Origin: Cyanidioschyzon merolae
Lineage: Eukaryota
Assembly (NCBI GenBank): GCA_000091205.1
Contig: AP006501.2
Reading direction: 5' to 3' (one strand)
DNA: 64,000 nucleotides
The position numbers and the translations under genes are program-made. This document shows, piece after piece, positions 11,574-20,728 of the stretch. Every line of letters begins with the position of its first letter. The first letter of the stretch is position 1. Below the pieces are notes generated by a model. It was not told where the DNA came from, did no database searches, and was given only the letters and a program-made list of their open reading frames with translations.

Positions 11574-12576
11574 ACGCAGCGTGTGTTCAAATAGCTCTTC
11601 TGCGGGACAACGCTATTCCCTAGTCGAGCGGTAAACACCGTTCACTGAGCCGAGTGCGTTAGCGATGCAACGCCTGCGCGGAGCGCTAGCACCGACGTAA
11701 CTGTTGTTGGCTACTGCGCTCAAGCGAGCTACCCCATGCGCAGTGACAATGCTTTGGATAACATCGACAACGCTTTTGTCGCTCGGATCCGGTTCCATTG
11801 TATGGAGCTTTCAGTTTTCCTCATTCGGCAGTCTCCACATCATGTCCCAGCAAACTGAATAGGCCTGGGCCGAGCTGCAGAGACCCATGCAGGGTCATGA
11901 AGCAGATACGGGGCGGGTGTTCTCAGGCGTCACACAGCAGCATCGAACAGCACCACATGGCCAGCTAAATTGGGTGCGAGCATACAGTTCCATGTGTCGA
12001 ACGAGGTCATAAAAAGCGGAGTTTAACGTAACTGGAGCCTCTTGCCCTGGTGCTCCGCTCCGATATCGCGTTGCCCGTGCAGGACTCTCGGAAGTGGACC
12101 CAAAGACCTCTGTCCATATGCGTGATTGCTTTTCCTGCGAAACTCCTTCGTGCGTCCCGGAGACGACGTGATGGCTGTAGCTGGCGAATGTTTTTCGTTC
12201 CAAGCACAGCGCTGTGCTGCTGTATGTTCTTCATGCAAACCTTGACCGTGAATCTCAACGAGACCGTTCATAAAAATGCAGGATGATGATCACGCTGATC
12301 ACTGTCCTGGAAAAAGATGCTTGCCACGAAACCAGAACAAGAGTGATTCCTGGTAAATGGACAAGAGCTCTCTGGACAATCTGTGGTGGAGGAAAAGAAC
12401 GCACTTTGTTTGATACATGCACAACTCGACACTGCATGGTGTTCAGTTATGCATGATTCGCTTCTTCTAGTAGTCCAACGCAATCTTTTTCCGCCGGCGA
12501 TGCGGTGTCTACCACGAGATGGACATCACGTTGCAATGTACCGTATAGATCGTAGACGAGTTTCCTACAGTATATA

Positions 12577-13330
12577 CTATGTACTGAGCATTGCAAGGAG
12601 GACGACACTCCTATTGAAGGTCGGTAGTACCACACAAGTCAGATGGTTGAGGAACACCGAAAGAAACGAGTACATGGGTTGCGCGTCAAAAACCGATATT
12701 CTCAAAGACTGCTTGGAGTCAATGGTAAAAAAGGACCCATTGATCATCATACGGAAAGAAAACGCAACGAGGCACACCACGGGCGTCTCTGTTTCTTTAC
12801 TGCTAGTTCGTGTGGTCGTGAAAACACGGAGGTACAGTCGCAAAAAATATTCTGTTTCACGCACGGCTATCTTGCACCGAAATCGCAACAACAGCGTTCC
12901 TGGAAAGTCACGATTGGTATGAAGCACAGGAACGTCGATTTGTTTCCCCAGTCGATGAGAGTTGCTCCGGATGAAACGATCGGAGCGCGAACGGGTATAC
13001 GCGGACATGGAGGCCCGCAGAATGTGCGGTCCAAGTCGAAGAGAGCGACGACATCATCTGTGCTGGCGGGAGTGGAGTCGTTTGGCGGCCTCAGTTTCGC
13101 TCGTACAGAAGGCTCATACATCGGCTCCAGCCACTTTGTCGAATCATTCAAGGCTTTTCCCTGACATCAGGCGACGTCCCTCTATTGGCCAACCTGGTAT
13201 TTCAGCATTCCCCTTGCAGTCCAGCTTTTGCCGATTCTATCAGGTTAGAGCTGCTTTTCATTTCTGCACACTCTCTGAGGTCCAAACGCATCCACGGAAT
13301 GTTTTCTGTCGTGTAACGTAACGATCGCTC
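12577..13330 (-). mobile_element. Copy I of the same family, minus orientation, head-to-head with copy B
   Basis: ORF 12577..13008 (−) contains '…GKQIDVPVLHTNRDFPGTLLLRFRCKIAV', which matches the KRIEF…NRDFxAAINV block. ORF 13245..13436 (−) contains 'HSVDAFGPQRVCRNEK', which matches the 'ADAFEVRSFEQIK' N-terminal block. Protein-level similarity only. Confidence 0.4.
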
Positions 13331-13399
13331 CACCGTGCGGATCGCTGAAATGTTCAGCCCACGGTGACACCAGGGCGAATGTCGTCTCTATTTCGCAAG

Positions 13400-14090
13400 T
13401 CCAGTTTGCGCCGGAAGGGTTCTCTCCTAACGGCATGAACCAATGCGTTCATTTCCAAGAAATAAGGAATGAGCTGGGCTGTATACTCCAAAATGTCGAG
13501 ATGGAGGGAAGGTAGCCGACCGCTGCGGCGATAGAAAACCATGGAGAGCTGATAGAGCACCAAATGGCCCAGAGGGCGCGAATTCGCGGACTGCTTACAT
13601 TGACGAATTCAAGAACAGACAATAAACGCATGGAACTCTTGAACCGAGACTTTCAAGGCGCTATCAATATCAGACGATGTGCGGTGTTGAAGACAAGACC
13701 CGAGGATCTGACGCAATCCATTTTCTTGCGGGGCCAGCCTTTCAGGGTCGAAGTGTACAAGGAGAAGCTGAGACCGATCGCAGAGGGTCGGTCAAGAAAG
13801 GCTCGAAGGCGTGTCCAGGTGGGTAGCTATGTTTACCCTCCATGGCTGGGAAGCTTTTTTTTGTTGCAGTGAACGTCTTCTGTAGAACGCCAAGAAACGT
13901 CGCTCCGACACAAAGCGATCTAATACTACGCACGTACTCGAAGGGTGCTGATCGCAAGCAAAGCGTGGATCGCTACTCCCGTCTGTGCATGAAATGTGTA
14001 CGCGGTATCCGGAAGGCGCAAGACAGGAACTTTAACGCTGCCGTGAACGTCCTTCGATTGCTTGCAATCGATCTAAAGCGAACGTAAGAA
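13400..14090 (+). mobile_element. Copy B of the TnpB/Fanzor-like element (5' region + S1 + zinc-ribbon/RuvC-III S2)
   Basis: ORF 13564..13872 (…NKRMELLNRDFQGAINIRRCAVLKTRPEDL … GSYVYPPW) is followed in another frame by ORF 13842..14087 (…YSRLCMKCVRGIRKAQDRNFNAAVNVLRLLAIDLKRT*), which reads CxxC…D-R-N-F-N-A-A-V-N-V-L-R-L. An upstream TGCGTTCATTT box (~13430) resembles the 5' regions of copies A, C and D. Confidence 0.6.
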
Positions 14091-14700
14091 GACAGTCGGC
14101 GTGAAATTCGGAGATAAACGAGAAGAGATGGAAGCATTCACAGATAACGGCCACAAAAGCTCGCGCGTTTATGACAACGGAAAGCGCCCCAAACTTTAGG
14201 ATTCGTGTCCGAGTTAATGGACATGTTCCATGTGATTCTGATACCGGTGAATAGACAGCGTAGGCAATCGTGAAATCGTTAGTAGGTATTTTGTGTGCCT
14301 CTCTCCATGCCATTTGCTGGAAAGTCGTTTTTTCCGTAACATCCGATGGAGTAATGTTTGGGCGGTTCTGTGGGCTCCGTCGTCGTCGCTGACGAAAATT
14401 TCAGTAACCACAGCAGATACCAAATCGTTCGGAAATAACTGGGTACTTAACAGTTCAGGCGGATGCGGTCCGTATCGCTGCGTGGTGCGCGCCCAGCTTT
14501 TGCCCGGTGTGGAACAGTGCTTTCTCTCCAGTGCCGCAGCGGCCGGGCGACTTGCGAGTCACGGCTGGTACGAACGAGAGTGGGTCACTCGACCAGCTAC
14601 TTCGGCAGACCAAAGCTTGGGTTGCCAAGCGTCGTTTCTGAACGTGTGTTTGTGCCACGAGACCCTGCTGCAAGAAACGCCCAAAGGCTCAGGTTGAAGA

Positions 14701-15855
14701 ATGGGAAAGACAGACTTGGAGCAAGTTGTACACGCAACTTACTACTTTCCTAGCCCAACGCCTAGTGGCCACAAGCTCTTTGGTCAGGCTTGGGTGCCAG
14801 AGAGCTGTCTTCTCGACCAAGAGAGGACTCGAGCGGAAATCGAGCGCTCGTTGGCGAAAGCGCCACCGGCTCAGAAGACTGCAAGCAGCAACAACGCAAA
14901 AGCTTCAGACTATGGGGACTTTGGGCGGACACTGTCCGTGGATGAGTTGAAGGTTTTGCGGCACGACCCGCGAAATGTTCGCGCTTATGTCCTTTTCCTC
15001 CACGGTTTGCACTCAAACTCGAGTTTTGGGACCATGGATCCAATTGCACGAGGCGAGCTCCACCGTAAGTACCAGGGCAGTGTCCCTCATCGACTGAACG
15101 AACACGGCATGGTGGTCTTCGCACACGACCACATGGGACACGGGCGCACGCTGACGGCTTCTGGCAAACACGACCATCGTGTCATTGATCGTTTCCAAAC
15201 CCTGGAACTGGACGCCCTTCAGCATATTGAACTGATTCGATCACTGGCGTCCTCTGATAGCGCTACTGAAGACAACGCAGCGATGCAAAACAAACCGCTC
15301 TTCATCATCGGAGAATCCATGGGCGGTCTCCTGGCTGTGTGTCTGGCGTTGCACCATCATGAGAAAGTGTTCCCCACGCGCGAGTCTACCGGCGGCCTGG
15401 TTTTGATCGCTCCAGCGGTGCTGCCTCCTAGTAACATGTTCGGCATTAAGGGGCGCATTTTATACCCACTTTCTGGACTTGTGTCGGCGCTTTTTCCTCG
15501 TCTCGACGCCGTCAAGATTCCAGGATGTGGTTTGTTTCCGGAGATTCAAAAAGAATTCGATTCAGATCCGTGGACAGGTCGAGGTATGCTGAAAGCGCGA
15601 CTGGGACGTGAGATCATCCAGGCACAGAAACAAGTTGAGAAACACATGAAGGAGCTGAAATGTCCTTTTCTGGTTCTTTATGGTACAGAAGATACCTTAA
15701 CCGATCCGCAAAAAGGAGCGGAACTGTTCCAGCAAGCCTCGAGCTCGGATAAGCAAACCATCATTCTCAGTGGTATGTGGCACATCCTGCTTTATGAGCC
15801 CCGCGCAGACGAGGCTCGGTCGGCAGTGTATTCCTGGATCTTTGCACGATGCTAA
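14701..15855 (+). CDS. alpha/beta-hydrolase, monoglyceride lipase / lysophospholipase-like
   Basis: 384-aa ORF with a GESMGG nucleophile elbow (GxSxG), an HGLHSNS block and a C-terminal H in LSGMWHILLYE, which fits the MGL/lysophospholipase fold. Confidence 0.7.
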   Translation: MGKTDLEQVVHATYYFPSPTPSGHKLFGQAWVPESCLLDQERTRAEIERSLAKAPPAQKTASSNNAKASDYGDFGRTLSVDELKVLRHDPRNVRAYVLFLHGLHSNSSFGTMDPIARGELHRKYQGSVPHRLNEHGMVVFAHDHMGHGRTLTASGKHDHRVIDRFQTLELDALQHIELIRSLASSDSATEDNAAMQNKPLFIIGESMGGLLAVCLALHHHEKVFPTRESTGGLVLIAPAVLPPSNMFGIKGRILYPLSGLVSALFPRLDAVKIPGCGLFPEIQKEFDSDPWTGRGMLKARLGREIIQAQKQVEKHMKELKCPFLVLYGTEDTLTDPQKGAELFQQASSSDKQTIILSGMWHILLYEPRADEARSAVYSWIFARC

Positions 15856-16131
15856 TAACGCAAACACATTGCGGGCTCCGTGATCGAGAAAGTGTCGCGA
15901 ATATCTCCACGCTGCGACGTCTCGAGAAGCGCATCCAAATGCGTGACATCCATATGCTCCACGTATTTTTTTCCGGACCATAGATGTCACACTGGGCCTC
16001 GTTGTGAGCCCGATCATGTGCCGACATATGCAAACGAGCACGGGAGACAAGCCGCTTCGCACTCTGTAGCAGACGCTGGCCTGTGAACTGATGTATGCAA
16101 ATTCGCTCTTAAACACATTCCCGTAGGTCTC

Positions 16132-17355
16132 TCAAACGTCGACTCTTAAAATAACTTTCCCAATATTGCTGGATTTTTCCACGTAAGTGTGCGCGGCCTC
16201 CGACTCGCTCAATGGGAAGATCCCATTTGCATCGACGACCGGCAGCAGCACACCGCTGGCGAAGCGCGGGCTCGCAAATGTGGACCATTCTCGCACGAGG
16301 GCCTCGCGGTAGGCTAACGGTCGTGCACGTAACGTCGTTCCGACGAGACGAATATTTTTCCGGAGGATCTGGGAGAGATCCAGATTACCACGGGTACCGC
16401 CGAGGGTTCCGAAGAGGACCCATCTCCCGTGCCTTCTCAGTACCTGTGGATGAATCTCCACATACGATGATCCTACACAGTCGAGCACAATGTCGACCGA
16501 CTCAGGCCCACCGCAAAAGTCAACCAGCATTTCTACCGGCTGGGTGCGATACACCCATCCACGCGACGCTCCGAGCTGCATGCATGCCTGGACTTTTGCC
16601 TGAGAGCCCGCTGTCACGAGAACCTTCAATCCTAATTCGCGAGCTGTTTGTATGGCAGCGAGTCCAACACCACTCGCTCCCGCGTGAATGAGGACGGTCT
16701 CACCTGGAGATGCGTTTCCCAGACTCGGGTCAAATTTCAAAAGCTGGTACGCCGTCAGGAAGGCTTCGGCGATACCAGCACACGCTGCAACCCTATCAGG
16801 ACCTCGGCGCTCAAACTTTCCCAAGCTAGCATCGAAAGAAAGGTAATACTCTGGATATGGGTCCAGTTTGATAAGCGTAGCGCTGTCTGTCACCGCGTAG
16901 CTCGCATAGCCGCCGCCTTGGAGAAGAGCGATAACCTCGTCACCAGGGCGAAACGAGTCGACGTTGGAGGCCTCCACTTTTCCGAAAGCTTCAAGACCGA
17001 GGATTTCCGAAGCGCCCGGCGGTGGTGGATAGCGCCCGCGCTTCTGCAAAAGGTCTGCACGGTTGACCGCAGTTCCGAGGACCTTTAATAGAACTTGGTT
17101 CGGTCCTTTGAGCTCAGGCACAGGCACGCGCTGTAAACGAAGGACGGGGGCATCGGAACCTGCGCTCCCGTTCTCAGTTGTCGGCACAGCAGCTTGCATG
17201 ACGCGAGCACCCGCCGCAGTGGTCGACATTGCTCTCCCAACAGTCTTGTCAAATGACTTGTGAGCGGAACACGTACACCAGCTGGACGCGTACGCAGAGC
17301 TTCCGGTTGCAAGTCGTCCTGCGTAGAGTCTCAGAGGTGTCGCACTGCAGGACAT
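16132..17355 (-). CDS. NADPH:quinone oxidoreductase / zinc-type MDR dehydrogenase
   Basis: The PGETVLIHAGASGVGLAAIQ Rossmann motif plus an N-terminal GroES-like catalytic domain (NQVLLKVLGTAVNRADLLQKRGRYPPPPGASEILGLEAFGKV) are typical of quinone oxidoreductase/zeta-crystallin. There is an N-terminal extension of roughly 80 aa. Confidence 0.75.
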   Translation of the reverse strand: MSCSATPLRLYAGRLATGSSAYASSWCTCSAHKSFDKTVGRAMSTTAAGARVMQAAVPTTENGSAGSDAPVLRLQRVPVPELKGPNQVLLKVLGTAVNRADLLQKRGRYPPPPGASEILGLEAFGKVEASNVDSFRPGDEVIALLQGGGYASYAVTDSATLIKLDPYPEYYLSFDASLGKFERRGPDRVAACAGIAEAFLTAYQLLKFDPSLGNASPGETVLIHAGASGVGLAAIQTARELGLKVLVTAGSQAKVQACMQLGASRGWVYRTQPVEMLVDFCGGPESVDIVLDCVGSSYVEIHPQVLRRHGRWVLFGTLGGTRGNLDLSQILRKNIRLVGTTLRARPLAYREALVREWSTFASPRFASGVLLPVVDANGIFPLSESEAAHTYVEKSSNIGKVILRVDV

Positions 17356-17957
17356 ACAAGACTGCGATCTGGACGCGTTGCGATGTTGTGCCTAACCAGC
17401 ACCAGCTGCACCGCCCTCTGAACTGTACCGTCGGTAAGGCACGTTGCACTGCTCGCGAACGTGTTACCCAGCTGGCTATGCTTTGGACTCTTTTGGACCG
17501 TGATTTTCGTCTGGGCACCGGTTTCGAGCGCAACCGCGTGATCACCTTTTTGAAGTACGCTGCAGGTAGATGATCTTTACCCAGCTCCTACGAGCGAACG
17601 ACAGGAAAAACCTCTGGGGTAGTCGCGCAGCTTGACGCCGTGTTGCAGAGACCAGACAGGGTGAACAAGTCGCAGCGACGAAAGCCCGAGTACCGTAGTT
17701 GTCAGTCGCCGTTTCTGTCCGAGAGAGGCATGGACATTCGTTTGGAAAGCAGGGAACGACTCTGTGGCCTTCGAGAACACGCCGGCGGCTTTCCGCTGGA
17801 GGAACCAAAACGAGGCCGCTTCGACGGGCCAGGGAAATCCGGGCTCAAACGCGTCTCGGAAAGATCCAGCTCTTACGCCGTCGATGTGGCTAGAGAAATG
17901 AATAGCGAACAGCAGGAAATTGATGAATAGGTTTAGGTCCTGGGTGATGGCCTCATG

Positions 17958-18602
17958 CTAACCATCCGCATCCATATCGGGGTTCAAGGCCCAGCTCTGA
18001 TAGTTCAGCGCCGCCGCAATAGTGGCCCATACCTGCGTCGGTGCTAAGAGTGCGGCTGCGGTTGGATTAACAGTCCAGTACATGCCTATGCTTCCAGCCA
18101 GTGTCGCATAGAAACCTCCCATAGCGTACAACGACTTGCGAATCTTGTGTTTCCCAAAAAACAAGTGATTCCATAGCGTCCCCAAACTGATATGGATGAC
18201 ATATAGACCAGTTGCAGTCAATCTTTTGAGTAACGATACATCCTCGCTTGTCCAGACGAGGTAAAGTGCTCCCGTCTGCAGCGCCTTGAGTGGAATCCAC
18301 ACTGCCGGAAATACCCAGTTCGGCGGGTGAAACCACGGCTTGCGCAGCGATCGGTACCAGGGATCCGTTGCCGGTGACGCAACCTCGTTCATTGTACCGT
18401 TCCCTTGGGTAGATTTGCCTTCAGCTTTCTGTCCACCTCGGCGGTACATGACCAGGTTATCGAGGACAGAGGTACTGGACACAACAGCGGCTGCTGCTAC
18501 GGCGTACAGAAACTTCTCCTTCGACGACAGGATGCCCGCAAGTCCATTGGATCCTTGCTCACTGGCAAACCAGCTCGACCACTTTTCACGCAAAGCTTCC
18601 AT
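17958..18602 (-). CDS. TspO/MBR translocator protein
   Basis: LRKPWFHPPNWVFPAVWIPLKALQTGALYLVW and LYAMGGFYATLAGSIGMYWTVNPTAAALLAPTQVWATIAAALNYQSWALN align closely with TSPO. The ORF carries an N-terminal extension. Confidence 0.85.
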   Translation of the reverse strand: MEALREKWSSWFASEQGSNGLAGILSSKEKFLYAVAAAAVVSSTSVLDNLVMYRRGGQKAEGKSTQGNGTMNEVASPATDPWYRSLRKPWFHPPNWVFPAVWIPLKALQTGALYLVWTSEDVSLLKRLTATGLYVIHISLGTLWNHLFFGKHKIRKSLYAMGGFYATLAGSIGMYWTVNPTAAALLAPTQVWATIAAALNYQSWALNPDMDADG

Positions 18603-18866
18603 GTCGAAGCTGTGACGGCTCTGGTAAAAACTGCGTAACCTGAGGTCGTGAAACCTTCCGTTGTGAGCGCCAGCGAATGAATCGAAGCCAAGCGTGCAGA
18701 CGATGAGGCCTGCGCCGCCTCATCGGCAGCGGATCCCGTGTACCGCGCTTCGCGACAATGTACAATATATGAAAGAATGGTCTACTTTTGTCGTAAATTT
18801 TTGCTGCCGACGGCCGCCGATACCCTGCCCGGTGACGCGCCGCAGTGGGCTGAATTCTGTGCGAGC

Positions 18867-18869
<3 letters not shown>

Positions 18870-18902
<33 letters not shown>
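18870..18902. repeat. (GCC)n trinucleotide microsatellite, about 11 units
   Basis: A direct read of the sequence shows gcgccgccgccgccgccgccgccgccgccgccgg. It produces the poly-Gly/poly-Ala/poly-Arg ORFs seen in the track here. Confidence 0.9.
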
Positions 18903-20728
18903 ACACAGGCGTCGACTCAGAGCACCCGGATGCGCGATCGTCGCAGGCAGGCGCGTCCAGCGCACAGTCATACCTGTTCGAATATGAATGCGTACGACAA
19001 GCTCCAGACCTGTCATTCTTTGAAGCGTAAAGAGGTTATTCGTCGATGACGTTGGTGCCGATGTTGTTGCGGATACCTCTGTTGGAGCTGGATGCACCGC
19101 TTCGGACGAGGTACGGAATCAGAATCGCCGTGCAGTGTCGATGTGGGGTGTCGGCTCAATGTATCTCGATGTGGCATGCATCTCCGGCAGGCGTCCGTTG
19201 ACGAGCCACCTTCATTCAGGCTGCGGCGAACTGCGGCTCTCGCGAATCCAATTTGATATCGACGGGCGTCGAGGCAACATGCCATGCTGTTCGTGTGGAC
19301 GGCTGCCTGCGTCTGTTACCGGAGTGCACGGGTACCATTGTCCATACGCATTTTGCGAATGCGAGGTTAGATCAAGTGCATTCGACGTGAGTGATGTATG
19401 TCAGCCACGAGAAACATGCGAAATGAAATAGCGGTCCGTTCATGGAATGCAAACATCATCGTCGATTCTCGTCTGCGCATATGGAGAAGAGTCGTCCCAA
19501 CAACACTGCACTAGCGCAATCAAGTGCCGCTCTGGGGAGTTTTCGTATTTAGTGAGTAAGCCGCATTCGATTACCTGGTTGCTAGCCAGGAAGTACTGCC
19601 TGAACCAGTGGTGTTGTCGTGACGGACGCGCAGCACGAGACCAGGGTCCTCGATACTGGCAACGCTACGTACTCGAAACGGCATGGCTGACCCCCAAAGC
19701 TCGAATGGAATCGAGACGTTGCCAGAATGGTCCATAAGGTAGATTTACCAATGCGTACGAGCGGGAAAAGAGGCTTTTCTAGCTGTAAACTTCGGCTATT
19801 TATCCCGCATGCCCGCTGTGTTCACGTCAGGAATGTACACAAACATGTTCGCAAACTACAGCTTACATCGTAGTGAAACTTCTTGCTGGCGGACCCTGCG
19901 TGAAGTGACGCTGCGAAACGCTGATAGCGAGAAACCGGCGACCGCGACATGGCATGTTCAGGTTTTACCCCAGTGAACCAGGCTACCATCACACCAGGGC
20001 GGCCACGGAGTGCACTCGTCTCCAAATGCTTCAGCATGGTCGTCTGCAACGCTATTGTTCGTGTACATATTGCATAGGGCAACCTGTCCAAGTAGCTGGA
20101 AAGCGGTGATTCTGAGCACAGGACCAAACCTCGCACCTTCTCGGACTTTATTATCGGAAGACACACAAACACCAGTTGTGGACGAAGGTTGCTCAGCGCC
20201 GGCTTGCAACGCATGCGCTGCTTGTTCCTGACGCCGCCTGTGGTACTATGCTGCCGCTTCTGGGCCACAGATTCCCGCCACGATCTGGACGCGTGCATGC
20301 TCCATTCTCTCGAGCGCAATCCAACAGGTTCGCAACCGGTTCCACTAATCAAGCCACTTACTTTCCCATATTCGTACATGTACGTTGCTCATTTCAACTT
20401 AATGCGGTACGCTCTCTTCCAGCTTCTTCGTGCACGCTGCAGTCTCCTCCTCCGAAGATACGGGAGATCACCCGCCTGCGTATTTTTTTTTCGAATCCAG
20501 CACGCCCTTGGATTTTGTAGTCTTTCGATTCCACAGTGCGCCCCTCTGTATTGTAGAGTTTTCTCTAACACAGCGCACGCTCTTGGATTTCGCGGTCTTC
20601 ATATAAGGCAATGGATTACCCGGCATGATGCTTTTTTCATCTAAAGCAGTGCATGCTGTTCCGCTGGTCCGATCATCACGTACAACGCACGCTGGTGCCT
20701 CGCCATCCGTGCAGCAGGAGGCAGCGCA

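Noticed and set aside
12383-13164. Plus-strand ORFs 12383..12922 and 12643..13164 as K/R-rich host genes
   Set aside because: They overlap the minus-strand element copy I and have no recognisable domains. They are more likely spurious ORFs in repeat DNA.
18586-19100. ORFs encoding poly-Gly/poly-Ala/poly-Arg proteins (18586..18906 −, 18694..18987 +, 18738..19049 +)
   Set aside because: All three are different-frame readings of the same (GCC)n microsatellite and its flanks. No domain or codon-usage support for a gene.
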